Origin: an archaeon
Lineage (GTDB): Archaea; Nanobdellota; Nanobdellia; SCGC-AAA011-G17; PNOQ01
DNA: 52,157 nt
Direction of reading: 5' to 3'
Assembly: GCA_018652475.1 (NCBI GenBank)
Contig: JABICB010000010.1
Coordinates: 1 to 52,157, forward strand
The notes under the pieces are model-generated. The model saw only the letters and a list, made by a program, of their open reading frames with translations, was not told the origin of the DNA and searched no databases. Shown here piece after piece: positions 1 through 9,522 of the stretch (its first letter is position 1; each line of letters opens with the position of its first letter). A program made the translations under genes and the position numbers.

Positions 1-166
1 CTGAAGCGACTAAACCATTAAAACCATAAATGTAACGAGTGATGCTTTCTTCTCTTGTTTCAGTAATGATATCTTTTTGATAAATTTCTTCTATTTGAAT
101 TGCACTAACAAAACTAATACTTAACAAGAATACTAATACTAATACTAATACTAAACCTCTTTTCAT
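1..166 (-). CDS. N-terminal part of a signal-peptide protein, probably a short RHS-core protein (runs off the left edge)
   Basis: Own translation from ATG at 166: MKRGLVLVLVLVFLLSISFVSA-IQIEEIYQKDIITETREESITRYIYGFNGLVAS. It has a Sec-type signal peptide, then a 'YIYG..GLVAS' stretch of the kind that precedes RHS-associated cores. Not in the ORF track. Confidence 0.65.
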   Translation of the reverse strand, partial: MKRGLVLVLVLVFLLSISFVSAIQIEEIYQKDIITETREESITRYIYGFNGLVAS

Positions 167-242
167 AACTAATTTATTATTTCAGTCTATTTATATGTTT
201 TTATTTAGATAGAATTAATAATGTGAACTGTTTCTCTTTCTT

Positions 243-1448
243 ATGAAGTTTGCACATTTGGCAGATTGTCACATTGGTGGTTGGTCTGATCTTAAATTAA
301 AAGAGTTGAATATGAAAGTTTTTTCTAAAAGTATTCAGACTTGTATTGAGAGAAAAGTAGATTTCGTTTTAATCGCCGGAGATTTATTTAATACAGCTTT
401 ACCTTCAATTGACTTGATTAAAGAAACTGTTTCTGAACTTAAATATCTAAAAGATAATGATATTCCTTGTTATATTATACCAGGGAGTCATGATTATTCT
501 CCTTCTGGAAAAACAATGCTTGATGTTTTAGAAAATGCAGGTTTAGTTATTAATGTTGCAAGGTTTGATGTAGTTGATGGTAAGATTAAATTAAATTTTG
601 TTGAGGATAAAAAAACTGGAATTAATATTACTGGTTTATTTGGTAAAAAAGGTGGGTTGGAAAAAGGACATTATGCGTTGTTAGATAAGACAAATTTAGA
701 GTCCAAATCAGGAAAAAAAATATTCATGTTTCATACTACATTAACTGAGTTTAAACCCGAACATTTGGCTATGATTTCTTCTGAACCGGTTGCCATGTTA
801 CCAAAAGGGTTTGATTATTATGCAGGAGGACATCCTCATTATGTTTTTAATGAATTTAGGGAACTATATGGATATATTGCATATCCAGGAGCATTGTTTC
901 CTAATAATTTTGTTGAACTTGAAAAGTTTGAACACGGAGGATTCTGGATAAATACATTCAAGGAAGATAAACTTATTTCTGAATATGTCCCTATTAAGTT
1001 GAAAGAGATTAAAAAATATGTGATTGATTTGACAGGGATTGATTCTAACCAAGCAAATGAAGTTATAATTAAAACTATAAAATCGGAAGATATTTTAGAT
1101 AAAATAATTTTGTTGAGATTAGTTGGTACTTTAAATTCTGGTAAACTTTCAGATATAAACTTCAGAGAGATTATTAATACTTTTTCCGGTGCTTATTCTA
1201 TCTTGAAAAATTCTTCCGAGTTGAGAATAAAGGAATTTGATGAAATTGGGCAAATTACTGATTCTGTAGAAGAAGTTGAAGAGAAATTAATCTCTAAGCT
1301 TGAAAAAGATTCAGATTTTGTAAAAAATTTGATTTCTATATTGAATGTAGAAAAATTAGATGGTGAAAAGAATTTCGATTTTGAAGATAGGATTTTGAAA
1401 GATTGTTATAAGGTATTAAAATTAGAAAATGAAACTAAAATACATTAA
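243..1448 (+). CDS. mre11: DNA double-strand break repair nuclease Mre11 (SbcD-like)
   Basis: Calcineurin-like motifs ADCH, AGDLF, GSHD, FH, GHPH; adjacent to rad50. Confidence 0.93.
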   Translation: MKFAHLADCHIGGWSDLKLKELNMKVFSKSIQTCIERKVDFVLIAGDLFNTALPSIDLIKETVSELKYLKDNDIPCYIIPGSHDYSPSGKTMLDVLENAGLVINVARFDVVDGKIKLNFVEDKKTGINITGLFGKKGGLEKGHYALLDKTNLESKSGKKIFMFHTTLTEFKPEHLAMISSEPVAMLPKGFDYYAGGHPHYVFNEFRELYGYIAYPGALFPNNFVELEKFEHGGFWINTFKEDKLISEYVPIKLKEIKKYVIDLTGIDSNQANEVIIKTIKSEDILDKIILLRLVGTLNSGKLSDINFREIINTFSGAYSILKNSSELRIKEFDEIGQITDSVEEVEEKLISKLEKDSDFVKNLISILNVEKLDGEKNFDFEDRILKDCYKVLKLENETKIH

Positions 1449-3492
1449 GTTAAAGAATATTAGGAGCTATTTAAATCAAATAATTGATTTTAAAGATGGT
1501 AGTACTTTGCTTAGTGGTAATATTGGTACTGGAAAAACTACTTTACTTTTAGCTCTTGACTTTGCTTTTTTCGGTTTAAGAAAAAGTGATCTTTCTGGTT
1601 CTGCATTACTTAGAAATGGTGAAAATGAGGGTTATGTTGAAATTAATTTTGAATTGGATGGAAAAGATATAATAATTAGAAGAAATTTGAAACGAACTTC
1701 AAAATCTATCACTCAAGGTTCTGGAATGTTTATAATTGATGATAAAATTGAAGAACTTACTCCGATTGAATTGAGACAAAAAGTTATTGATTTGTTTAAA
1801 TATCCTCAGGAGTTTTTAACAAAATCAAAGTCTTTGATATATAATTATACTGTTTATACACCTCAAGAAGAGATGAAATCTATTTTGTTGGCAAAATCAG
1901 ATGAAAGATTAAATATTCTTAGGAAAACTTTTGGTATTGATAAATATAAGAGAATTGTTGAAAATTCTAAGTTGTTAATATCTAATTTAAACTCTTCAAA
2001 AAAAGAGTTTGAAATTATTTCTTCTAATTTAAATATTTTGTTAGATGAAAATGAAATTAAAACTAAAAGGCTTGTCGAAATTGATTCTTCTTTAATTGAT
2101 ATAAAACTTAAATTGATAGGGTTTGAAAAGAAAATTAATCAAAAAAAACTTGAACTTTCTGGACTAGCTGAACAAAATAAAAGAAAAATTGAAATTCAAA
2201 ATAAAATTAATTTACTTAATGTAAAATTAAATGAATTAATTACTCAAAGATCTCGAAATAATAGTGAAACTTCTGATTTAAATTCTGAAATTGAAAGTAT
2301 TAGGTTAAATATCGGTTCTGAAGTGGTAGGGGAAGTTAGTGTTATCTTGACTGATATTGCTAGTTATGAATCTGATTTGAATAAATTAGAAATACAAAAT
2401 AAGGAGATACTAAAAAAATCTGGAGAATTACAATATATTTTATCTGAATCTGATAAACTTGTTAATGGAATAATATCTCTTGATTCTTGTCCACTTTGTA
2501 AACAAACTGTTAGTGAAGATCATAAAAATCATATCTCAGTTAATGAATCTGAAAAATTATCCAGCATAAAATTAAAGTTGTCTGATAATGATTGCATTGA
2601 GAAAGAAAATTTAGAGAAAATTTCTAATTTTAAATTGAAAATATCTGAGCTTATTAAAGATAAGAATTTGATTGAGTTGAAATTGATTAAAAAGAAAAAT
2701 TTAGATTCTAAATTTATTAGATTGAATAATTTGATTAAAATACAATCTGATCTAAAAAGAGATATTGGGCAAATCAATTCTCAAAAAATTTGTTTATCTG
2801 AAGAATTTGAAGGAATATATTTTTCTCAAGAAGAATTCAATTCACTTAGTGAAGAAATACTTGAGTTAAGTTTTGATGAACGTAATCTTAATGCTATTTC
2901 TGCTGCTAATGAGAAGGAAGTTAGTTTACTTAAGGAAAGGATTGATAGTTTGAAGATAGATATTGAAAAAAAGAAAATATTTAAACAAAAAATAGTAAAA
3001 ATTTCTGAAATCTTAACATTTTTGGAGAAAGAGTTTGTTCCTTTGATGCAACTTACTGAAAAACAGATAATGAAAAAGATTCATGGGGATTTCAATTCTT
3101 TATTTAGCGAATGGTTTAAAGTTCTTGTTGATGATGAAGATATAGAAATATCTTTAGATTATGATTTTACTCCAATAATTAGACAAAATGGATATGATAT
3201 TGAATATGGTTTTTTAAGTGGGGGTGAGAGAACTGCTGCTGCGTTGGCTTATCGTTTGGCACTGAATCAGATTATTAATACTGTTTTATCTGAAATTAAT
3301 ACAAAAGATTTATTGATATTAGATGAACCCACAGATGGTTTTTCCTCTGAACAGGTCGATAAGTTAAGAAGTATCCTTGAAGAGTTAGATATAAAACAAG
3401 TAATTATTGTTAGTCATGATCCTAAAATTGAAAGTTTTGTAGATAATGTTATAAAATTTGAGAAAAAAGATGGAGTTTCTGAAGTTATTTAA
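1429..3492 (+). CDS. rad50: Rad50/SbcC SMC-like ATPase
   Basis: Walker A GNIGTGKT, long coiled coil with CPLC zinc hook, signature LSGGE, Walker B LLILDEP, SH motif. Confidence 0.93.
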   Translation: MKLKYIKLKNIRSYLNQIIDFKDGSTLLSGNIGTGKTTLLLALDFAFFGLRKSDLSGSALLRNGENEGYVEINFELDGKDIIIRRNLKRTSKSITQGSGMFIIDDKIEELTPIELRQKVIDLFKYPQEFLTKSKSLIYNYTVYTPQEEMKSILLAKSDERLNILRKTFGIDKYKRIVENSKLLISNLNSSKKEFEIISSNLNILLDENEIKTKRLVEIDSSLIDIKLKLIGFEKKINQKKLELSGLAEQNKRKIEIQNKINLLNVKLNELITQRSRNNSETSDLNSEIESIRLNIGSEVVGEVSVILTDIASYESDLNKLEIQNKEILKKSGELQYILSESDKLVNGIISLDSCPLCKQTVSEDHKNHISVNESEKLSSIKLKLSDNDCIEKENLEKISNFKLKISELIKDKNLIELKLIKKKNLDSKFIRLNNLIKIQSDLKRDIGQINSQKICLSEEFEGIYFSQEEFNSLSEEILELSFDERNLNAISAANEKEVSLLKERIDSLKIDIEKKKIFKQKIVKISEILTFLEKEFVPLMQLTEKQIMKKIHGDFNSLFSEWFKVLVDDEDIEISLDYDFTPIIRQNGYDIEYGFLSGGERTAAALAYRLALNQIINTVLSEINTKDLLILDEPTDGFSSEQVDKLRSILEELDIKQVIIVSHDPKIESFVDNVIKFEKKDGVSEVI

Positions 3493-3573
3493 TTGAGTAA
3501 TGTGGGCTGTTATTTATTGTGGAAACATTTATATACATATATTTTCAGGTTTCATTAAAGGAAGTGATAATTG

Positions 3574-3888
3574 ATGAATAATAAGATAATCGGGATTGTT
3601 CTTGGAATTTTAGTTTTAGGAGTAGTTATTTTTACAGGAATGAATGATATTCAAATGAGTAAAAATTTTAATGTTCAAGATAAAATAAAAAGTATTAAAT
3701 TGATTGATCCTTCCGTATTTGGAGAAAGTGATTGGGTTGATGGACATGAGTTTGGACCCGGTAATCCTGGCCCTAATGAAAATATAATAGATTGTAAGGG
3801 GCGAGACTCTCATGAAGTTATGAGTTTGGAATGTGCTACGGGTTGGAGATCAACAGATTTTAATGGCGAAACTCATTGGATATGTTAA
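3574..3888 (+). CDS. Small membrane-anchored/secreted hypothetical protein
   Basis: N-terminal hydrophobic helix, three Cys in the C-terminal part, upstream TATA-like TTTATATA and purine-rich RBS-like stretch. Confidence 0.7.
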   Translation: MNNKIIGIVLGILVLGVVIFTGMNDIQMSKNFNVQDKIKSIKLIDPSVFGESDWVDGHEFGPGNPGPNENIIDCKGRDSHEVMSLECATGWRSTDFNGETHWIC

Positions 3889-4024
3889 TAATTTAAAAGA
3901 AGTATTCTTGAAGAATTATATATAAGACAAGTAATTATTATTTGATATAATTCTAAAATTGAAAATTTTTGTAGAAAATGTTATATAATTTTAGAAAGTT
4001 AAGGGGGTAGTAATATTTATTGAT

Positions 4025-4097
4025 GTGGCTGTAGTGTAGCTTGGTATCACATAAGGCTGGGGGTCTTATAACCGGGGTTCAAATCCTCGCAGCCACA
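4025..4097 (+). tRNA. tRNA-Pro (GGG)
   Basis: Acceptor GTGGCTG/CAGCCAC, anticodon arm TAAGG-CTGGGGG-TCTTA, T-loop TTCAAAT, discriminator A, no encoded CCA. Confidence 0.92.
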
Positions 4098-4136
4098 TAA
4101 CATTACTTTTATAAAATATCAATAGCCCCATTTAGT

Positions 4137-4706
4137 ATGGTTAAAATCTTAAATTTCAAAGATATAGATTCTAAAGAAATTATTAAGGCAATGAAAGCTG
4201 GAGCTATTTTTATTTATCCAACGGATACAATTTATGGGATTGGTTGTAATGCGAATAACCAAGATAGTGTAAATAAAATTAGGGCAATAAAAGGAAGAGA
4301 TTCAGATAAACCTTTTTCAGTGATTGCACCTTCAAAAAAATGGGTTTATGATAATGTAGTAATTAATAATAAAAATTATATAAAAAAACTCCCTGGACCA
4401 TTCACATTCATATTTAATATAAAACCAAGATCTCCCACTAAAAAAATAAATAAAGGATTTGGTAGTTTAGGTGTAAGAATTCCAGATCATCCTTTTACAA
4501 AGTTAGTTCAAAAGGCGGGAATTCCCTTCATAACTACTAGTGTTAATTTTTCTTCTCAAATGCCAGTTAGGTTAATAAAAAAAATACCTAATGCTATCCT
4601 TAAAAAAGTAGATTATGTTTTAGATGATGGATATTTACATAGATATCCCTCTACAATTATAAATTTAATGGATGAAACTCCAACTATCATAAAAAGGCGA
4701 ATGTAA
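4137..4706 (+). CDS. tsaC: L-threonylcarbamoyladenylate synthase, short TsaC/YrdC-domain-only form
   Basis: YPTDTIYGIG, KGR..KP, PGPFT, GVRIPDH, TSVN, PSTII motifs. Confidence 0.92.
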   Translation: MVKILNFKDIDSKEIIKAMKAGAIFIYPTDTIYGIGCNANNQDSVNKIRAIKGRDSDKPFSVIAPSKKWVYDNVVINNKNYIKKLPGPFTFIFNIKPRSPTKKINKGFGSLGVRIPDHPFTKLVQKAGIPFITTSVNFSSQMPVRLIKKIPNAILKKVDYVLDDGYLHRYPSTIINLMDETPTIIKRRM

Positions 4707-4756
4707 CTTCAAAATATACAAAGCTTTAAATATTTTTTATTGTTCTCGTTTATATA

Positions 4757-6154
4757 ATGATTAAAAAGGGATTAATATTTGGATTAATTTTTACAATTTT
4801 ATTAATAAATTGTGTGTCTGCAAATAGTTTTATTTTGGTGTCAGAAGATGAAATTAAAGATTCTGTCTTTTTAAGTGAAACTGCCATATTTAAATTATCC
4901 ATTCATAATAATCAAGATTTTCAAGATACATTCAGATTTTCAATTTTAGATATTGGGTGGGAGTTTGAAACAATTCCTTCAACTTTAACTTTAGATTCTG
5001 GCGAAATTGGTGAAGTTGAAGTATTATTTAGTCCTGATTCTGATTTTAATGAGGGAAAGTATGGGATTACTGCATTGATTTATTCTATTGCAGATAGTAA
5101 TATTTTTACTGAGCATATATTTGATATAAGAGTTATAGATTTTTATGATGTTTTAACTACTGCAGTTCAGATTCCTACCGATATAAATCCTCAAAAACAA
5201 GTTGTTTTTAATGTAGATTTTAATAATAATCATGATGTTAATATAGAAAATTTTGAAGTTATTTTAAAAAGTCAATTTTTTGAAGAGAAGAAAACTATTT
5301 CCCTAATGCCTTATGAAACTATTAAAGAAGAATTTGTAGTTGAATTTAGCGGTGCTGTTTCAGATGGAAGTTATGATTTGATTCTTGAAGTTTACAATGG
5401 AGATGAATTGTTAATAGAACGTGATTATGATATGTTAATTGGATATTATCCTGAAGTTAATGAACAAAGATCTCCTGAGTCTGGATTTTTAATTAAAAGT
5501 GTAACTGTAGTAAAATCTAATTATGGTACAACTACTAGTCATGAATTATATACGAAAAGATTTTCTTTCTTTGAAAGATTATTTACTAGTGTTAGTCCAG
5601 AACCAACAACTACATTTAGGAGTGGTTCTGCATATACTTTACAATGGGATTTTGATCTTGCTCCTGGCGAGTATAAAGAAATTGTTGTAACAACCAATTA
5701 TAGGTCTCTGGCGATTATATTCATTATATTATCAGGTTTATTTGGATATTATTATTACTATAGGAAAGAAGATATTGCTATCACAAAAAGAGTAGTGAAT
5801 GTTAGACATTCTCATGAAGGAATCTCTACTATCAATGTGTTACTTGTTTTAAAAAATAAAAGTGGAAAATTGTTAAAAAATTTAAAAGTGATGGATAATT
5901 TAGTTAATGTTGCAGATAATCCTACTAACTTTGGTACTATCAAGCCAACTATAATTAGAAAGGGCCTAGGTGGAGTTAAGATGATTTGGAATATCGAAAC
6001 TCTTGAAAGAGGTGCAGAAGTAATAATTTCATATCAAGCAAAATGTAATGTTCAAGTCATTGGTCATTTGAATATACCCCTTGCAGTGGCTAAATATATT
6101 AAAAGAAAAAGGCCCATAATTGTTAAGTCGAATAAAGTCAAATTATTTTCATAA
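4757..6154 (+). CDS. Surface/membrane protein: signal peptide, acidic beta-rich extracellular part, one TM helix, basic cytoplasmic domain
   Basis: Signal peptide ending VSA; TM segment near residues 318-334; strong charge asymmetry across it. Confidence 0.75.
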   Translation: MIKKGLIFGLIFTILLINCVSANSFILVSEDEIKDSVFLSETAIFKLSIHNNQDFQDTFRFSILDIGWEFETIPSTLTLDSGEIGEVEVLFSPDSDFNEGKYGITALIYSIADSNIFTEHIFDIRVIDFYDVLTTAVQIPTDINPQKQVVFNVDFNNNHDVNIENFEVILKSQFFEEKKTISLMPYETIKEEFVVEFSGAVSDGSYDLILEVYNGDELLIERDYDMLIGYYPEVNEQRSPESGFLIKSVTVVKSNYGTTTSHELYTKRFSFFERLFTSVSPEPTTTFRSGSAYTLQWDFDLAPGEYKEIVVTTNYRSLAIIFIILSGLFGYYYYYRKEDIAITKRVVNVRHSHEGISTINVLLVLKNKSGKLLKNLKVMDNLVNVADNPTNFGTIKPTIIRKGLGGVKMIWNIETLERGAEVIISYQAKCNVQVIGHLNIPLAVAKYIKRKRPIIVKSNKVKLFS

Positions 6155-6176
6155 ATCCATTTTGGAGGTGGTTTTT

Positions 6177-7634
6177 TTGGTAAAAAAGAAAAAAAGTCCA
6201 GAAGTCAAAACATATATTATTACAGCTGCGCAGAATTCTTATAGAATGAACAAAGATTGTGATTTGGTTACCTTGGGCGGGGGCAGAGCTAAGGCAAAAC
6301 TTCATAAAAATTTTTATCAAGGTTTAGAATCCTGTGCTAAGGAGTTAGGTGCAGAATTAATAATTGCACCTATTGCTGGAAAAAGTTCTTTAGAAAATAT
6401 ATTGCATGAAGATTTAGATAACAACTCAAATATATTTACCGGAACAAATTTATGGTTAAATAAAAATATTCAATTGAGGGATATTGTTGTACCTCCACAA
6501 AATGTTGATCCTACAACAGGGAAAAAAACATTAGTTAGTAAATATAATTCCTCATTAATTATTCCCCATTCAAAACAGAGATATCTGCCAGTTCCTGTTT
6601 TTAATTCAGATTTGCCAAGATATCTTTATACTACTGGTGCAGTAACATTACCTAATTATAATATTGCCAATCATAGGGGAGATACTGCTGAACGGAATCA
6701 TATATTTGGTGGACTTGTAGTTGAAGTTATAGATGATGTTTATTTTAATATTAGGAATCTCAGAGCCTTAAAGAATGGTAAGTTTGCAGACCTAGGCAAA
6801 TTATATAATGGTGATGCTACTCCAAAAGATATTAAATGTGATTCATTAGTTTTGGGAGATTTACATTGGGGAGATCATGATCCTGCTGCTGTTGAAGCTA
6901 ATTATGAGATGATAGAACATTTCAAACCTAGTAGAATATTTGTTCATGATTTCTTTAATGGACATAGCATTAATCATCATGAGAAAGATAATCTTTTGAG
7001 AAAAACTAGGGAATATAAAAGAGGAAGGTTATTTTTAGATGATGAATTGGGGCAGGGCTATGAAGAATTGAAAAATTTATCTAAGGTTGCAGGGAAAAAT
7101 TCACAAATTTATGTAGTTTCTTCTAATCATCATGACTTTTTACCAAGATATATTAATAGTGATGCTTGGAGAAAAAATGATTTATGGAATGCAGAGATAG
7201 GTTCATATTTATTTTCACAAGGAGTGAGTTTGGCAGATTCAGAAAGTTATAATGATGATTCTGCTTATCTTATTGAACAAGGAATGAAAAGGCATGGAAG
7301 ATTACCTTCTAATGTTAATTTTTTAAAATTAGAAGAAAATCTCAGAAGGCATGGATATCAATTAGCAAGTCACGGCCATAAGGGTGGCCATGGTTCTCGT
7401 GGAGGAAGTGCTAAGGCAAGATCTGTAACTGGTGGTGGTAAGAGTATTACTGGCCACAGTCATAGTATGGAGATGTTTGGTGATACCTATATTGTAGGAA
7501 CTTCTAGTCAATTGAATTTACCTTATACTGCGGGAGGAGGATCTGCATGGATAGCTGCAAATGCAGTATTGTATAGTAATGGAACTGTTCAGTTGATACC
7601 TTCTATTGATGGTAAGTGGAAAGCTAAGAGATAA
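6177..7634 (+). CDS. Large calcineurin-like metallophosphoesterase resembling phage T5 A1 protein
   Basis: YIITAAQN, TTGAVT.PNY, H.FGGLVVE, GDLH, FVHD, NHH, SNHHD, HGH.G..GSRG, TGHSH. Start moved to TTG 6177, after the GGAGGTG RBS. Confidence 0.8.
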   Translation: MVKKKKSPEVKTYIITAAQNSYRMNKDCDLVTLGGGRAKAKLHKNFYQGLESCAKELGAELIIAPIAGKSSLENILHEDLDNNSNIFTGTNLWLNKNIQLRDIVVPPQNVDPTTGKKTLVSKYNSSLIIPHSKQRYLPVPVFNSDLPRYLYTTGAVTLPNYNIANHRGDTAERNHIFGGLVVEVIDDVYFNIRNLRALKNGKFADLGKLYNGDATPKDIKCDSLVLGDLHWGDHDPAAVEANYEMIEHFKPSRIFVHDFFNGHSINHHEKDNLLRKTREYKRGRLFLDDELGQGYEELKNLSKVAGKNSQIYVVSSNHHDFLPRYINSDAWRKNDLWNAEIGSYLFSQGVSLADSESYNDDSAYLIEQGMKRHGRLPSNVNFLKLEENLRRHGYQLASHGHKGGHGSRGGSAKARSVTGGGKSITGHSHSMEMFGDTYIVGTSSQLNLPYTAGGGSAWIAANAVLYSNGTVQLIPSIDGKWKAKR

Positions 7635-7635
7635 G

Positions 7636-8358
7636 ATGAGTCTGATTCCCTATGGCTATTTTGATGATTCCAAATCTATCTTTAAATATGCTGTAATTGG
7701 AGATTTACATATAGGTTCAAAATTTTTCAATAGTGAGGTTTTGGATAATTTTTCTGAAAAAGTTTCTGAATTCGAACCTGATTTCATTTTAGATGGAGGG
7801 GATAGTGTTGATGGTTCTGCCAGTATGCATAAGGGAATGTGGAAACATCAAAATTATATAGGATTTTTCCCCCAACTTTTCGCATATAGTGATATTTATC
7901 CTAAATTCGAAGCTAAAACTTACAGGATTAATGGTAATCATGACCTTAGTTTTTTAAAATATGAAAAAATTGATGTAGGTAAAGAAATCATTAAATTAAG
8001 AAAAGATATAATTCATATGGGTGATGAAATGAGTGATTTTTTTGTAAATAATACTAAGATAAGAATATGTCATCCAAATAGTGGAGATTATAGGGGACCT
8101 TCTTCAAAAAAATTAAATTCAATAATCGATGACTATGATGATACTACTCGTCCAGATATACTCCATATAAGTCACTATCATCAAATGTTACAATCTCAAC
8201 ATTTAGATGTATGGGCTTTCTTAAATGGAACTTTCCAAGATAGTCCGGCATATGGTAATTTCTATGAATTGTCAGATTTAGGTAGTTGGTTAATAAAATT
8301 TGAACAGGATGAATCCGGAAAAGTTGTCGATTTAGTTAGTAGATTCGTATGTTTGTAA
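7636..8358 (+). CDS. Calcineurin-like metallophosphoesterase (DP1/phage-type)
   Basis: GDLHIG, GDSVDG, GNHD, CH, SHYH motifs; ATG at 7636 just after the upstream stop. Confidence 0.85.
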   Translation: MSLIPYGYFDDSKSIFKYAVIGDLHIGSKFFNSEVLDNFSEKVSEFEPDFILDGGDSVDGSASMHKGMWKHQNYIGFFPQLFAYSDIYPKFEAKTYRINGNHDLSFLKYEKIDVGKEIIKLRKDIIHMGDEMSDFFVNNTKIRICHPNSGDYRGPSSKKLNSIIDDYDDTTRPDILHISHYHQMLQSQHLDVWAFLNGTFQDSPAYGNFYELSDLGSWLIKFEQDESGKVVDLVSRFVCL

Positions 8359-8402
8359 TTTTAGAAATGTTTTTAATTCTTTTCTAATTCTCTTTTTATA
8401 CA

Positions 8403-8732
8403 ATGAAGCTAAATACAATTTTCGAGTATAGTACAAATGACGAATATTCAGTAGGGGAAATTATAACTCTTAATGATATTTCTTTTGAAATAATTGGTTC
8501 TATGTCAGAAAAAACTACAAACATATATCATCTTGCTCCGAAATATATAGGAGATAAAATAACTGATGATTTAATTAAGAATGGTTACCTTGATGATGTG
8601 GTTAATACATATGTTTCTGCATTTAATAAATTTCCAGTTTTCGAAGATAATAAGTTAAGTACTGAAAGAAATGATTATATTAAGGATAATCTTGATCAAT
8701 TGAGTATACAATATAGTTTATTCAAAAAATGA
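8403..8732 (+). CDS. Hypothetical protein
   Basis: 109-aa ORF, AT-rich like its neighbours, coupled to the next ORF. Confidence 0.65.
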   Translation: MKLNTIFEYSTNDEYSVGEIITLNDISFEIIGSMSEKTTNIYHLAPKYIGDKITDDLIKNGYLDDVVNTYVSAFNKFPVFEDNKLSTERNDYIKDNLDQLSIQYSLFKK

Positions 8733-8932
8733 AAGAAATAGAACTTAATGACTATAAATATATTGATAGTTTACTTGAAGGTATTGCAATTGGAACAAAT
8801 GAAAATGAATTAGTATCATATGAGGAAAAGTTTTTTAGATCAATTATTAATTTAGTTAAAGAAGATTATAATGTGCAGCCCCTGATGGAAACATATCACA
8901 TGATTGATAAATTCAAAAAGAATAAGCGTTAG
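8729..8932 (+). CDS. Small hypothetical protein
   Basis: ATGA overlap with the upstream stop (translational coupling). Confidence 0.6.
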   Translation: MKEIELNDYKYIDSLLEGIAIGTNENELVSYEEKFFRSIINLVKEDYNVQPLMETYHMIDKFKKNKR

Positions 8933-8966
8933 TTTTATATATGTGAATCTGACTTGATTTATTAAC

Positions 8967-9089
8967 CCCACCATAGCTCAACGGCAGAGCGTTCGGCTGT
9001 AGATATTATTTGATTATGTCGATATGACTAGAGATGAAAAATAATTAGCCGTCACCGAAAGGTTCCCAGTTCAAATCTGGGTGGTGGGA
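8967..9089 (+). tRNA. tRNA-Tyr (GTA) with a 51-nt intron at 37/38 (intron 9003-9053)
   Basis: Acceptor CCCACCA/TGGTGGG (C1-G72, A73 archaeal Tyr identity); anticodon stem TTCGG/CCGAA interrupted after CTGTAG; T-loop TTCAAAT. Confidence 0.9.
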
Positions 9090-9100
9090 CTCATATTAAA

Positions 9101-9520
9101 ATGGATAAAGATATTTTAAACAAAGTGATTATTGGATTAGGTTTATTATTAGTTGTTATAGTATTATTAAAAGTTAATACTGGTGAAGATAATATGGAAT
9201 TAAAAATTGAAATATTACAAGAAGGTACTGGTGATAAAGTTGTTGCAGAAGGAGATAGCATAACTGTACATTACACTGGTACTTTAGAAGACGGAACAAA
9301 ATTCGATTCAAGTGTTGATCGTGATGATCCTTTCAAATTTACTATTGGAAGAGGAATGGTTATCCAAGGATGGGAACAAGGTTTACTTGGCATGAAGATC
9401 AGTGAAAAAAGAAAAATTACTATTCCTTCTGAATTAGGATATGGTGCGAGTGGTGCTGGCGGAGTAATACCTCCGAATGCTACTTTAATTTTTGAGGTGG
9501 AGTTAATCTCCATCGATTAA
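9101..9520 (+). CDS. FKBP-type peptidyl-prolyl cis-trans isomerase with N-terminal membrane anchor
   Basis: [45 protein letters not shown]. Confidence 0.95.
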   Translation: MDKDILNKVIIGLGLLLVVIVLLKVNTGEDNMELKIEILQEGTGDKVVAEGDSITVHYTGTLEDGTKFDSSVDRDDPFKFTIGRGMVIQGWEQGLLGMKISEKRKITIPSELGYGASGAGGVIPPNATLIFEVELISID

Positions 9521-9522
9521 TT

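Noticed and set aside
131-154. TACTAA x4 tandem repeat
   Set aside because: It encodes the LVLVLVLV hydrophobic core of a signal peptide; 6-bp units keep the frame
3697-3723. 'LIDPSVFG' in the 3574 ORF resembling an RHS DPxG motif
   Set aside because: Not DPxG, and no other RHS core residues are present
9003-9053. Possible box C/D guide RNA in the tRNA-Tyr intron (TGATTA ... ATGA)
   Set aside because: Boxes are degenerate, spacers are too short for guides, and there is no proper K-turn geometry
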